Source of the DNA: Octopus vulgaris | Lineage: Eukaryota | Reading direction: 5' to 3' | Assembly (NCBI GenBank): GCA_951406725.2 | Contig: OX597816.1 | Coordinates: forward strand, 140,306,001 to 140,370,000 | DNA: 64,000 nucleotides | In this document: piece after piece, positions 34,476 through 50,458 of the stretch | Position numbering within the stretch: the first letter of the stretch is position 1 | Layout of the letters: every line of letters starts with the position of its first letter | Position numbers and translations under genes: made by a program | Notes under the pieces: model-generated | Databases searched by the model: none | The model's input: only the letters and a program-made list of their open reading frames with translations | What the model was told of the DNA's origin: nothing

Positions 34476-36187
34476 GAAGATAATGTTACCAGAGTCTTAT
34501 GAGACAATGTTTACCAAGACTAACCAACATTTTCATTGAGAAGAACAGGCGTATAGTTATTACAGTAAACGTAATATTAATTTTCATCTCTTCAAAAGCT
34601 GCGTGGTATCTTCTTCGCCAAATTTATGGTGAAATATTTAAAATTTAATTAAATTAAACAGAAGTAATCAAATCATACGAAACTGGCGGTATATCCAACT
34701 GAATTAATTATTCTTTTATGTTTCTTTAATCAGCCCACTTTAATTTCTTTCATGTTTATGTGTTTAAACTTCAGGTTAATCGACTTAAAAGATAAACAAT
34801 AAATGAATACATATACATTTATAGCATATTAAGTACAATATATATTGGTATCATTTCTCAAAATTTCCAACAGATTTCTCTTTGCATTGCCGCAAAGTTA
34901 GAAAAGGCTTTTTCAAAAAGATTATTGTCCACAGCTCGAAAAATTTCTCTCCTACCGACAGATATTCATTTTATTTTCAAAAGTATGTCCTGATAAATGT
35001 TTCTACGTTAATGAATCAAGCAAAAATCATTTGGAACGACATCTCGCTCATGACGAACATGAGAGCGAAGCAAAGCCAGAAAATTCAATTTTCGTATATG
35101 TATTGCCGAAATAGAGACAGCAGCTGTTTCTGTTTCAATAATTCTTCTGTACACAATCATTAAAATAGCAAAGTGGAATGTTTCGAAATTTTGGACATTT
35201 TCCATACCTCACTGGAGTAGTCTGATTAGTTTATATTTTCATGGGAGATTATACTTTTAATGTATAGTCCATATTTGGCTGTATGCATATGCTTATGTGG
35301 TGGCCAGATGGCAGTCGTAAGAAAGTCGGATAATTTGACTGGCAGTATTCGTTCTGGATTCCTGCGCGATGAGTTCAAATACCAACGGTGTCAACTTTGT
35401 CTTTCAAAATTTCTTTGTCGATGAACAAGGTCCCAGTCCCGTACTGATTTTGAATCTTCACTTTCTCTCTTTCTCTCTATTTCCCAATTTCTCTTTCTGG
35501 AAGAAAGCAGCTATTGTCAGACTCGGAGGTAGATAGGCCCCGCCAGGTCTAAAAGTGCCCACGACAAGCTCTATGTCACATTGTCGCTCCAAAGATTCAA
35601 TTAGAAGTTGATGGGCCTACGGCACGGAATGGCGTATGCTTGTGTATCTTATTCTTATGGAATTCAAATAAGATGTCTGTCTATCTATGAATTTGAGATC
35701 TTGCAATAAAATGAAAGTAAACTGAATATTTACAAAGTTCTGGATCATTTAAAGAAAATTCTAAACTTCGCAGTAGAAACCAAAGTTTCTTCTTGAAATT
35801 CAGTTGTTTTGGATCTGGGACAGTGATGTACATATTTTGAAATTTCAAGAAATAATTTCTTCTGCGAAACATCCATTCTTCATGTCCACAATATGTCGCT
35901 AGACAAGGCATTTTAATTAAACCAGCCCACTTCACTCATTAGTAAGCAGGTTGAGCTGGTATTATAATTCATAATTTATTGATGAAGTTAGTAATTCTTT
36001 GGTTAGCAGTGCCCAGCGTCTTAAAGCAGAAACTGCAAAGAAACGCTCCTATTGATCTACAGGATTTGGAAAAAGATCAGTTGAATTAGTAGAGCTCCTA
36101 CATTGCTAATTTCATTTTTTTTAAGTACCGATTTTTGAAAATTATCAGTTAATAATGTTTTCTCTTCGTTTTATTTGATTTTCAGAA

Positions 36188-36523
36188 ATGAATCGTCTGT
36201 ACTTTGCATTCATTGTACTGCTCAATATTGTCTATGCGAGTCCGCAGTCAGGAAGATTTGTTCAGGATTGTTATAATAAACTGTGCGATTCTAACAACCA
36301 GCAGCCTAAACAAAGTATCCACCGATTGCAGTATTGCGTTTATAAATTGCAACTCACTAAGCCATGTTTTAAATGGCCAACAACGAATAAATATTCTGAA
36401 AGACCGCCTCCGTCAAGCTGGAGAACTCCTCAAGCGCAAAGAATAAGGAAGGAATATAGGTTGCTCAGTGAACGTGAAAGATATGATTTCCATCGTAGTG
36501 TTTATCTTTTAAAACGAGATACG
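36188..36523 (+). CDS. tyr: Tyrosinase-like protein copy 2, coding exon 1
   Basis: Translation identical to copy 1; donor acg|gtaaga. Confidence 0.92.
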
Positions 36524-36565
36524 GTAAGAATATTTTGTTGCATATTTTGTTGTGTGTGACTGTGT

Positions 36566-36657
<92 letters not shown>

Positions 36658-36869
36658 GTGTGTGTGTGTGTGTTTCACCTTCATATTTTTCACATTAACT
36701 TCATGTCTTAGAAAGAGAACTCTGAAGTAAATATATCGTATTAAAGCGGAGTTTTTATATGTGACTATAGCATTATGACTCCTTTTTACTCCAACAATCA
36801 TAGCTAACAGAGATGAGCTTCTTCCAGCGAAACAGATATACATCTATGCCAATGATTTACACCCACCCA

Positions 36870-36919
<50 letters not shown>

Positions 36920-37008
36920 TGCATATATATATATATATATACATATATATACCACACAGACACACAGATACAGAGACACGGAGACACACACACACACACA
37001 TACAGATA

Positions 37009-37080
<72 letters not shown>

Positions 37081-37179
37081 TGTGTGTGCGTGTATGGTTG
37101 TTTAATATATATATATTCATATACTGTATCCCCATACCAAAGATGACATTGTTGAAGAATCGTCAACCATAACTTGATC

Positions 37180-37248
<69 letters not shown>

Positions 37249-37419
37249 CTTTAAAAAGAATCAGTGTCCTGGTCAAAGAAAAAGTGAAATATATTTGATG
37301 TGAAGGGAAAATATCAAAATCAAAGTAACTACAAAAATACATCATATATACTTTCGAATAAACCTCAATGAACGTTAGTTGCGCCCCAATCATTATTTTT
37401 CTTATTGTTTCACTTACAG

Positions 37420-37532
37420 AGACTGTCACCAAATGTATACGATGCCACCGCCTTCCTGCACATTGGTGATACTGCAAGAAATGCCCACGGTGGACCTTCA
37501 TTTCTTCTCTGGCACAGAATCTATTTGAAAAT
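37420..37532 (+). CDS. tyr: Tyrosinase-like protein copy 2, coding exon 2 (CuA)
   Basis: ttacag| ...AFLH...AHGGPSFLLWHR... at|gtaagc. Confidence 0.93.
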
Positions 37533-38492
37533 GTAAGCCATGCAATCAAACATTACTTTCCATTTCTTTCTTTGTTTTCTCTCTTTCTTTATTTATTTAT
37601 TTGTTTTCTTCTTCTTTTGCGTTTTTTTCTTGCTTTTCTTTTACTTTGCTATATTCTTCCATTCTCTGTCTTGTCCTTGAGTTGTTTTGTTTTACGGATA
37701 TTTTATTTTATTATTTTCGTACACTTAGTTTTCTTTCTTTTCTATTGTATTCTTTACCGATGTTTCCCTTTTTGTCTGAGTTCTCTATCATTAATTTCAA
37801 CCACGCAAGTCGAAAAGGAAGCCTCTATGTAATTGTTGGACGTACACGAAATATTACCCAATTCTCCCTCAAAAAAACACCTACTGTTTTATTTTTTATA
37901 GAAAACAAAAGATGATAAATTCGAGCATGTATGATTAGATATAATTTATGAAAATAAAGTGGGATAGCATTGAAAATGCTTTTATTCAAGAAAACCATTC
38001 TCTATGTCTAACATTAAGGCAAAACTCTGTAAAGATTTATTACAGTATGATATGTCATCATTCTTTTGCTCACTGGCTTGGCTACTATAGCCTACCGCAA
38101 TTCGTTATGTATTACTCCAAAAACAAATTTCGTAGCCTCCGAATTCACGTAATCCATCCTGGTTTACCAATTTTCCACTCTATTTCCCCAAACTCCGCCA
38201 CATCTCAATCTTCCTTACAAACTACCTATTAATATTTCGCATTTCACCGACGAAGGTATTCTGCCTGAAACGTTAAAATTGCTGCTGATAACAAAATGAT
38301 TTCTTCTACTTCGCGAAATGTTTTAGAAATAAATGTTTTTCTATTCTTTAGTTTAAGAGTAATAGATCTGAAAATATTATGCAGTGCTCATCATTTATAT
38401 TTTGAAGTAAGTAATGGACGGATAGGTTGATATCTTGAATAGTTATTTAGATACAAGAATTAGTTATGCCACTTAGCTGTATATATTTAGAA

Positions 38493-39781
38493 CTAGGTGG
38501 TATCAAAAAGTTCCAAGATTAGTTCTGTAGGCGCCAACTGATGGCAGGATGGCAGACCACGGTTGCGTGCACAGTGAGAGCTAGCAGTGACTTTCATGAG
38601 GCAGTGTGCCGAGTGACATGACTGTGTTTACTTTGCAAGTTGTAGAATTTATTCTTCTGTGATCACGTGTATGCTGTAGTCAGCGATTTTGTCATGGACA
38701 GGAAGTTGGAACCAGGAGCCAACATGAAATTTTGCGTTAAACTTGGGAAGTCCGCTACAGAGACATTCAGCATGCTTCGGCAACCTTACGGCTACGAGGC
38801 AATGGGCCGTACGCAAAGATTCGAGTGACGCGAGCGCTTCAAAAGCGGGAAAATATCACTGGAAAACGATGAGCGATCTGGAAGACCTGTCACGAGCGTC
38901 GACCCAGAAATGTGGAGAAAATTCATTAGCTTGTGCTTGAGGATCGTCTGAAGACAGTCAACGATATTGCTGATGTTGTTGGCCTGTGGTATGCGTCCGT
39001 GCAGGCAATCCTAACATCTGAATTGAACATGCAGCGTGTCTCTGCCAAGTCTGTGTACCGTCTGCTGATCACTGCGCAGAAAAGACATCACTTCGAAGTC
39101 TGTCAGGATCTCCGCCAGTGCACCGCTGATGACCTATCCTTCATGTCAAGGGTCATCACCGGTGACGAGAGTTGGGTCTACGGGTGCATCCCTAAGCAAA
39201 CGCGGCAGTCGCCGCGATGGAGCAGCCCTTCATATCCACGACCGAAGGCTCGACAGAGCCGAAGCTCAGTTAAGAACATGCTCATCGTTTTTTTTCTTGT
39301 TTTTTTTTTACATCCGTGCTATTGTGCATCGAGAATTCGTCCCACAGGGCCAGACCGTCAATCGAGAGTTTCACTGCGGCGTTTTGAAGCGGTTGAGGGA
39401 GAACATTTGACGAAAGCGACGGATTTGTGGAGTTCGAAGAACTGGATTTTTCGTCCGAAACAGCGTGGTATCGCTTCCGCACCCGCCCTATTCGCCAGAT
39501 TTAGCACAAGCAGACTTCCATCTTTTCTCCAAAATGAAAAGACAGTCCAAAGGTTGCCGTTTTAACACCGTTGTTGAGATCCAGAGCGGATGGCAGAAGC
39601 TCTTCGACTCACTTACGGAAAACGACTTCCAGGCCGAATTACAAAAGTGATAGGAAAGCTAGGACCGATGTATTTCTGCGCAAGTGACTATTTCGAAGGA
39701 GATGATGTTAAAACTTAAGTAAATAAGTTATTTTTTTATTAAACATAATTAGTCGTCCGTGAACTTTTTGATACTACCTCG
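38493..39781 (+). mobile_element. Degenerate mariner transposon, duplicated copy
   Basis: Same TIRs and motifs as 20272-21561. Confidence 0.92.
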
Positions 39782-40015
39782 TAATCTAAGTAAATTCGAC
39801 TGTTGAGAGCTAGAAATCTCAGAGTACGAGAATCTCAACCGTTAATCCTTGCTTGCCAAGAGACATCAGTATACTAAAAATTTAATCAAGTCCAGTGTTC
39901 GAACATTTTCTAAGAAATATAGTTACTCGCTCGATTAAATATTGATCGATAAATGTAAATATGCATTGAAATATATTTTCTACGTATTAAATTGAGTTTA
40001 CATTTTTTATTTTAG

Positions 40016-41513
40016 GATGGAAGATGCTCTTCGTGAAAAAGTACCAGGTGTAACAATTCCATTTTGGGATCCAACTCTTGACAGTCATCTTTCTAATCCT
40101 CGAGATTCCACTATGTGGTCAGATGAGTTAATGGGAACTATCAATGGTTTCGTCACCAAAGGGGCGTTTGCTAACTGGAAAACACCAGCTGGTACTCTAA
40201 TAAGGAACGGGGGTTTCAGTACAAGGTTACCGACAAGTAGTAACATCGAAGATGTTCTCACTCGAACGAAACTCGAAGAGATCTCTGAACCTAATGCGCA
40301 AGAACGATATAACTTGGAATTCCTGCATAATTCTATGCATGTTGTTATTGGAGGTCACATGGGTTCGGTACCATCATCACCCATGGACCCAATTTTCTGG
40401 CTAGTCCACAGTTACATAGAACTTGTCAACGCGCGTTTCAATGAAAACCAAAGGCGACACAACGTTAATCCCGCAACAGATTATCCTTCGGATTATGGTT
40501 TAAATGTTTACGCTCCCAATCAAAGTATTGGTCTTATGAATTTAACCGTTTTAGAGGCATTAAGAGAAACTGAAAGTTACACTAATATTTACAAATATGA
40601 CTATAGTTACTTGGGAAACTGTGCTCTCAATCCAAATTTATGTAATTCTCCATACCTAACCTGCAATAATGGTAGATGCGAGTCGAAATCTAAAAACTCA
40701 ACTCGTTGCAGTACTTTAATTCCCTATCAGAATATGTTTTGTATCAACCGTAGATGCGATGTAGATGAATGGGCATTTATTCCGGTTGAAATTATTTACG
40801 AACGACCTTTCGACACGATGAAATTTGGAAATTTTCCTATTAAAAATGGTCTGCCGAATTTGCTGAATGATCTGTACGATGATAATCAACCCCTAAATTC
40901 CTCGTCCGGTAACTCAACTGGAAATAATTGTCAAAACAGTAAGTGCTGTGGTCCAGCAGGAAGACTCAACGTGCAAGCTAGTGGTATAAATTATTTTGGA
41001 ACCTATCAAGAAATGGTGGTACTTGACCGTAGATTAGCTGTATCATCGGATATCACCTATATCGGTATCAGAAACCCCGAAAGAAACGCCAGTGTAGTTT
41101 TTATTACAGCTTCAGAACAATGTGGAAGAATATGTCGTCCTTCTTGTTTAGTGCCGGGTTCAAATCCACCGAGATACACACCATGTATAGGACTGTTGAA
41201 CGTAACACGTAACAATGCTACTATGTACGGTAAAACACTCGCAGAAGCTTACATGAAAGTGTGGGATTATAGAAACCAGATACGACCGAAACTGAGACAT
41301 GAAAATATTCCAATAGTGTTCCATTGTGATGACAGCCGGTGGCCATTTAACAACAACACCAATACAACAACAACTGCATCACCGTCGACAAGAGCAACGA
41401 CTACAACAGCGACAACAACAACGACAACAACAACAACCACAACACCATCTACCACTGCATCTACAACAACACGTGTGTATTGGCCAATTAGACCGTCACC
41501 TAAAAGTAAGTAA
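40016..41513 (+). CDS. tyr: Tyrosinase-like protein copy 2, coding exon 3 (CuB)
   Basis: 498-aa ORF identical to copy 1 in the ORF track. Confidence 0.95.
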
Positions 41514-41937
41514 TAATGGACTTCGTTATCGTCTGTAATTGTCAGCATCTGCTCTTGTTACGGGGTTGAGGGTAGGCCAGTGTGGATCATATTAACATTT
41601 GTGTCTTTGTAAGTGTAGTTCTAATGTGCATATTGAGAGTAGTTGTGTAATACATATATAAAAATAGTTCTTGATTGTTTTGCACTATTTCAATATTTTG
41701 TTGCTCTTCAAGCCAAGAAAATATTCGACAATTTCTCATACAGGCATTAAGCTCACCAGTAGGTGTGGGAAATAGCATCTTTTGGGGAGAATTTCTTTTA
41801 ATTATATAACAACGGTAAATGCAGTGTGAAAATAAGAATCGTTTCAAATTTTGAATGAAGTAGTTACTCGATTATATTGACCACAGTATTACACTGCTAC
41901 TTATGAAGATATATAAGATAGAGCTCAATTCGGCAAA

Positions 41938-41980
<43 letters not shown>

Positions 41981-42586
41981 AAGTCGCGTGGTCTTGTGGT
42001 TTGGGTGTTGCCAGAACATGGGTTCGATTCCCGGATCGGATGGTGCGTTGTGTTCTTAAGCAAAACACTTCATCTCATGTCGCTTTGCGGCTGGAAGTGA
42101 CAAAATCGTTGGTGCATCGGCATAAATGCTTTACGGTATATTCTGAGTTCAAATCCCACCTGCGTGGAGAAAGTAATAAGAAACCACACCAGTCCGCATC
42201 CCAAGCCTAGTCATGGTAGCTGAAGTTCCAGTAATCAACTTAACAGCAGCAAGGGACGATACGGTTCTTCACGGACCATATAGAGAGTGTTGAAGAAGCT
42301 CATATGCACAAGACCGGCGAGCTGGCAGAAACGTTAGCACGTCGGGCGAAATGCGTAACCGTATTTCGTCTGCCGTTACGTTCTGAGTTCAAATTCCGCC
42401 AAGGTCGACTTTGCCTTTCATCCTTTCGGGGTCGATAAATTAAGTACCAGTTACGCACTGGGGTCGATATAATCGACTTAATCCGTTTGTCTGTCCTTAT
42501 TTGTCCCCTCTGTGTTTAGCCCCTTGTGGGTAGTAAAGAAATATATATATATACATGTATTGATGCATATATATATATATGCATAT

Positions 42587-42657
<71 letters not shown>

Positions 42658-45637
42658 TGTGTGTGTGTGTGTGTGTGTGTGTGAGTGTAGGGGCCATATC
42701 TACCTACATATATATAGCTGTTAGATAATTGTCCTGACCATGGACATAATGAAGCACTAGTTACATACGGCACAACTCGCCAAACTCTCATCATTTTTCA
42801 CGGAGTATATAAGTACTGAAAAAGAGGAAATGTACCTAGGGTCATTCGGAACTTCATATATTCTTGATAAACACGACTACCAAGGCAATGTTATTTCCTT
42901 GTACCTAGCCTATAATCGCCTATTCATTCATGCAGCTCACCAAGACATTTTGCTTTGTAATGAATTTCAGTTGCTAAGTTTGTCTTTTCTCCTAATGTTT
43001 TTACTTCTCTATTGCAGAATGCTACATCAACCAGAATTGTGCCATTGCCAAAGGATGTGACTGTATATCGATGGACAAACAGCCTTGCATACAAAAGTGT
43101 TCCCATTACGCTTTATGTGTATATGGCTCTTACATAGTATCTTCCTGTGGCTACGGTAGAAGGTATGAACCCTATTTAAGAAGATGCATCCCGGGACGTT
43201 GTCAACATTAAATGTAAGGCTGCTGACACTCTTATTAAGCAATATTCCCAACGAAATAAAAGATGAATTTTCTTCCACGTTTGACTTTTACAGAGTAATA
43301 TTTAGAGGAGGACATTCTCCAACAGCATTACCTGAGTTCATTTCTAGATGAATGAGCGGGACGATGGATAATGATGTGAAAGTGAATTTGGAAATGGAGA
43401 ATGAATGAACGAATGACTGAACGAATTAACGAATGAACGAACGAACGAGCGAGCGAGGGATCTCTGTGGGATCTGGTACTAGTTTTAAATAGAAACCTGT
43501 TGAACGAGTTTCTGATTTGCTTACTATTTTTTTTGTCATCATTCATTTTTCACAACATTTATTTTTTGTGTAAATACATCTAATCTAATATCTAAATAAA
43601 ATCATAATAAACTCATAAAATTTCTTCTGAGTTTTTAATTATCTTACATGGAAGTGGCGAAAGTGATAAAAAGAATTTGGAATTAAATAAAAATATTGCC
43701 TTCTGATTTCTAATCACTCATTTCGGAAATTACCCAAACAAGTTAATCAGGATTGAAGCGATAAAATATTTAGTTATTATAAACATCTGATCGACGTATT
43801 ATGTCCTGTCTATATCGTTGATACAAGACAATATTTGTATGTAGCGAAAGCATTAAACCTAAGAAAATTGTGTAATATTGGATTAAGTGTGCTAAATATT
43901 TGTTTTTGTCCCTCAAAATCAAAATTCTAAACCTGCCAAAATTGGTATCTTATTTTTGTACTTGATAAAATAACGGTTTCAAATTTTGGCACAAGGCCAG
44001 CAATTTTAGAGGTGGCGGCAAGGCGATTACATCGACTTCCCCAGTGTTGAACTGGTATTTATTTCATCGGCCCCGAAAAGTTGATGTAAGACAAAGTCAT
44101 CTGCGGCGGAATATGAACTCAGAACGTAAGGCCAGACGAAATGCCGTGAAGCATTTAGTCCGGCGTGCTAACGATTCTGCCTGCTCGCCGCCTTCTTACA
44201 TTATCAAATAATTCTTTCTATATTAGACACAAGGCCTGAAATTTTGAGGTGGGTGGGGATGGGGTGGTTAAGTCGATAAGATTGACCCCAGTACTCAACT
44301 GTTACTAAATTTATCAACCCCGAAAGGACCCCGAAAGGCAAAGATGACCTCAGCGGAATTCAAACTCAGAATGTAAAGACGGACGAAATGCCGCGAAGCA
44401 TTTTGTCCGGCGTGCTAACGATTCGGCCAGCTCACCGCTTTCTTACATTATCAAATCTTTATATTTTTATATATAAAAGTAAGGTTGTGTGCTGTCTGTC
44501 TCCTACGATTTAGATTCATAACTACTCCCACATTTTGCAGTGCAGTTTAACCAAAAGCGGGTATCTTATAGTCGTGATTCATATCGAGCCCTTCTGGGTA
44601 TTAGCGCGCGTCTACGATGAGTAAAAAAAATTACCATCAATTTTTCCCATTTTTAATGCAGTTTTGGCATATATAAGGGAAGTAACTCTCTAAAAATGTA
44701 TTATTAAATCTCAGAACGTAAAAAGCTACAGTAACACTCTCCCCTTTGTGGTTAGCCATATTGAGATGGCTATTATACTTTACATCTCTAAAAATGCTTA
44801 TATAGTTATTTCCCTTACAAACCCGAGCAACGCCGGGCGATACTGCTAGTAATAACATGAAATAATAAACTAGGATCACCTACATGACTTACCTTACATT
44901 TTCGCGTTACAGATATAGAGAGACAGGGGAGAGAGAAAATTATCTAGAAAAACAGACAAACAGACAAACAGACAGACAAGCGGAGAGCAAATAGAATGTC
45001 ATGCGATATTTCTTCCGACTCTTTACGTTCTGGATTCAGTCACGTTGAGTTTGATTTTGTCCTCCATCGTTTCAAGGTAGATAAAATAAGAACAAGTCAA
45101 GTACTGGGGTCGATGCAGTCGACTAACCCTCTCCCTCTAAAATTGCTGGCCTTGTGTCAAAATTTGAAGCAATTAAAGGCGGTGAGCAGGTAAAAATCAT
45201 TAGAGCATCGAACCAAATGCTTAGTGGCATTTCTTCCGGCTCTTTACGTTTTAAGTTCAAATATCACCCAGATTATCTTTGCCTTTCATCCTTAAAATAT
45301 AATCGACTAACCACTCCCTCTAAACTCACTTGCATTGTGCCAAAATGTGAAACCTAGATAGATAGATATATAGATAGATAGATAAGTTTCTTTATTGGCC
45401 ACACAGGGCTGCACACAGATGGGACAAGTTACAAGGTAGAGCTTTTCTTTTGGGGGATGAAAAAAACAAAAGAAAAAAAAAGGGTGGCGTAGGTTTTCGA
45501 TCAAGAGGGATCGTAAAAGGGAAGAAAAGAACAAAAAAATAAATAAATAAATAAATAAATAAAATAAAAAATAAAAAGAATAAAAAGAAAAAAAAAAGAA
45601 AAGGAAAAGGAACAAAAGAAAAGAGAAATGAAAAAGA

Positions 45638-45721
<84 letters not shown>

Positions 45722-47703
45722 GCAAACAGGCAGGCAGATAGGGAGAGAGTTTAATTCAGTCAGATAATGTCATTAAGCTCAACATTCAAAGTTTCCACGT
45801 GTAAATGTAACATGCGTTGTTAGTCAACCATGATGCAGCTAAGATTGTTGAAAATAAAAACAAAAAAGAGAAGATATTTCAGCAGATGGACGCATACTTT
45901 TTATTTGCTTGCACGATAATGTTTTGATACCGTGTGACTTTTAATCACTGATCAACGAAATGCAAACACTTTGTAAGGTTTGGTGAGGCAAGGGGGGAAA
46001 AAATTAAGGAGTCTGAGATAAAAGATATAATCTGATGTCAGCATACATATTCACGTTTACGAATACACACACACACACACACATACACACACATATAAAA
46101 GTGAGGCTGTGTGGTGTCTGTCTCCTATGATTTAGATTCATAACTACTCCCATATTTTGCGGTGCAGTTTAACCAAAAGCGGGTATCTTATAGTCGTGAT
46201 TCATATCGAGCCCTTCTGGGTATTAGCGCGCGTCTACGATGAGTCTACGATTTAAAAAAAAATTTACCATCATTTTTTTCCCATTTTTAATTCCTTTTTT
46301 TTTTTTGCTATTATATAAGGGAAGTAACTCTCTAAAAATGTATTATTAAATCTCAGAACATAAAAAGCTACAGTAACACTCTCCCCTTTGTGGTTAGCCA
46401 TATTGAGATGGCTATTATACTTTACATCTCTAAAAATGCTTATATAGTTATTTCCCTTACAAATCCGAGCAACGCCGGGCGATACTGCTAGTAATATATA
46501 AATCCCGTCCTGTCTGTCTGTTTTTTATGCGCTTATAACTCGAGTATTGTTCATCCGATCACGCTGAAATTTTAAACATGAATACACGAGAGAATGGGGC
46601 GTTCTGTAATCTAAAAAGATTTTCAAAATTGTCAGTTTCAAAGTGAGAATCGCTATTTTTGTAATATTTTTGTCCTGTTTCTTCCGCCATCCTGTTCATT
46701 AACCGACGTTCTAAACAATTCATTTCTACATTTTCATATTTAAATGACAGTTATATTTAAATAAAGCTTGCTATTTGTTAATACAGTCTCATTTTGATTT
46801 AAATATTAGTCCACGAACAACGGTACTCATTTCTGCGTTTTCCCGTTTTTGTAAGCAGCTACAAAAAAATCGATATCACTCTAACTTTAATTAACTGTAA
46901 TCAACCACGTGCATTCGCGGTCAAATGTGTTCTTACAGTTGTTTTTCGTGCAATAAACCAGCTGACTTGATAAACTACTAGGAAAAGACATTACTTTAAG
47001 TGAGCAAAAAAAGTGAAACTAAAGCAAATAAATAACTGGTGATTACTCAGTTTTCTGAAGATATTTTCGACAATATTCAATTGAAAATAGAAAAGACTAA
47101 TTGATTGCTTATAAAACGTGAAAAATTTGATGGGGTTACATCTAAAACCTTGCCTAACATTTTTCACTCAACTTTTTGAGATGAAATTGATTTGCAAAGA
47201 ATATGCCTTATGTTATTTTATTGCACATTGTGATATTTCACCCCCGAGTTTCAACTCTTTTTTCGTTAGTTTTTGAGAGAAGAGAGACTTCCCTAAGCTT
47301 TTTTGCGCCTTTATTGAGTAGCAGTTTTTGACCGCGAATGCACATGGTTAATTACAGTTAATTAATTTGAACGCTTTGAGAACGGCGAGAGAGACAGGGA
47401 AAGCCGTTTACACTTGAAGGAAACCAGGCCAGAAGTGTTCTCAGAGTTTATGCACAATGTAAGATTCCAATAATATTTTTGAGTAAACACTATCTGGGAG
47501 ATTTTTCTTATAGTAGAAGAAATGGCTAAAAAAACTTTTTGGCTGCTATTTCTAAAAATTTCAGTATGTGGTGAAGTAAATTATTTTACTGAGCCCTAAT
47601 TATATAACGTAATATTTTGAACATACCTTGAATGGTCCTTTTCCATACTGAACACTACTTGGTGAAATTAATTAATAATTAATTGATTTTACCCCTTTAT
47701 TAT

Positions 47704-47784
<81 letters not shown>

Positions 47785-48348
47785 AAACACCGTGTATAAA
47801 TTCTGTACTTGGAACGACCAATTTTAAATACTGTTGATCTTATTAATAAGGTATTGGAATCTTACATTGTGTATAAACTCTATATTTGGAATGAATAATT
47901 TTAAATGCTGTTGGATTTTTCTCATAAGGTATTGGAATCTTACATATATACCATTCTGCCTAAAAAATGGATCTACAAATTCAACATCCCTACATATCTC
48001 ACATCTATTTTCTTTCCTCCACCTCACTCTCTATTTTGTATCCCATCTAAATTAATTATTAATTAACCATCATGTCACACCATCTCCGATGAAGGGATAT
48101 AATTAATAAATACCCTGGAAACAGCTGTAATACTTTCTATCTATAAATGTTCTAATATCTACACAGCCTTGTTTTTTTTTTAATCACATTTCGCAAAAAC
48201 TTTTATTTACACACGCTGACATATGACCAACGTTGAACCCCTTATTCGCAAAATCACCGAACCTGGAACTTAACTATGGTCTGTCTATACCACTTATTCA
48301 GCATTACCTGACACCTTTGGGTCTCAATAACACCATTACCTCTTATAA

Positions 48349-48398
<50 letters not shown>

Positions 48399-48890
48399 GG
48401 GACAAAGTACTAAAGGAAATCTAACCTCTCCTCAGTTGTTGGTTGTTAATAACTCCCTATTTCGAGCTTTCAGCAACAAGATAGAAAATCTTCATAAAAC
48501 AGCAGCATCCAGAAATTTTAAAGATATATAATTTGTGGAGAGATAGGGCTTCGGACGAACAAACAGCATCAGAGTGGACGTACAGAGTAAATAATCGACG
48601 AAGACAAACATTAAGGGCCGTTAGGCCAATGCACATTGTGATGGGCAACGCTTGGGAGAAATTTTGAAAGGATATAGAATAGATACAAGAGAAGAAAATA
48701 GTAGAAGGGAAAAAAGAGAAAAAAAATTGTTGGGAGGCGCGAAAAATGAAGTGGAAGTCGCCACCAAAAAAGGCAGAAGTGAGAGAAATCGCCTGTAGTC
48801 ACGTGTGTGTATGTTTGCTTGTATGTGTGTGCGTGTGTGTGTGTGTGCATGTGTGTGCATGTTTGTGCGTACATGCATACACACACACAT

Positions 48891-48925
<35 letters not shown>

Positions 48926-49117
48926 AATATATATATACATATATTTGCATATATATACGACGGGCTTCTTTCAGTTCCCGTTTCCCAAATCCACTCACAA
49001 GGCTTTTGTCGCCTAAGGTTACAATAGAAGACACTGGCTCTAGGTGCCACGCAGTGAGACTGAACCTGGAGCCATGTGGTTGGGAGGCAAGCTTCTTATC
49101 ACACAACCAAGCCTATG

Positions 49118-49209
<92 letters not shown>

Positions 49210-50333
49210 CATATATATGCATATATGGGTGCAGGGCGTTACCAATTGTAATCAACATAAAGTAGGAAAACAAGAGAGTTAAATACGCAAACAACGAGAG
49301 AAACAATTGAAAACATGACAAGTAACACAAAGAATGACCCTTCATCAGTTGTCGGTTGTCTATTTACGCCTCGTTTCGAGCATTCAAAGATAATATGAGT
49401 CTTCGAAAACAGTTGCTCCCATAACTTCCAAAATAAATTTTGGATTTTATGTAGGGTCAAAGTTGGGAACAAAAACAGGACAGTGGAGACATACAAGGAA
49501 ACCAAATAAAAACAAACATTGAGGGTCATTAGACCAGAACGAGGGGTAAAATAGTGAACGCTGGAAAAATATTTCCTTTGAAAAGAGAAGAAATAGAAGA
49601 CTCCAGTCATCAGAACGTCGTGTAAGAAAAGAAAGATGGTCCAGAAAGATGGACGATGGTCACGTATGAACAACGAGAGAGAGAGAGAGAAAAGGAGAAA
49701 GAGGGATGTGGATGTGTATGTTTTGCTTGTACGGTGTGGTGGAGGTTGGGCGGCTCTCAATTGACCAACCGTGCGGAAGATAATGATAATTTTAAATTCA
49801 AATCCAATAGTGTATTTATGTCATAAGTAAAATTACTAACTGGAACCCGGACATATATCATTTTAAATTCAAATCCAACAGTGTATTTATGTCATAAGGA
49901 AAATTACTAACTGGAACCCAGACATAAATATATACTGCTCTGGATCCTAATGTAAGCGTTATTAATAATATTATGAATGATAATAATGATAACATTAATG
50001 ATATTGACAACGATAATGATGTTAACTTTAATGACGCTTTAGAAATTAGTTTGAAGCAATATAATGTACTATTGACTATGTATATTTGCATCTAGGTACT
50101 AATTTGTGTATGTTTATTATCACAATATTGAGTCGAAAAACTGAGACATTGGATGTAGAACACATATATATGTTTACTTATTTATATTATTTACTTATAT
50201 CATTATGTATATGTATATTTTTATATGTATAAGAGTGTGAGTATATGCACTCATATGTATATGTATATGTTGTATTATGGGTATGCACCCACACCCATGT
50301 GGGTATATATGTAGACTGATTTATATTACATAA

Positions 50334-50458
50334 TCTCCGAAGAGGCCTTATGATATTTTTGTAAATGTCTCATTTATATATATATATTGACCTACCATAA
50401 AGAGCTAATATTGGTAAAATGAGACATACTTATCTACATGGCCGAAACAGCTGTAAGA
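50334..50458 (+). ncRNA. Hammerhead-like motif with ~100-nt stem II, copy 2
   Basis: tct-CCGAAGA-ggcc...ggcc-GAAA-cagctg-UA-aga; perfect palindromic stem III acagctgt. Confidence 0.5.
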
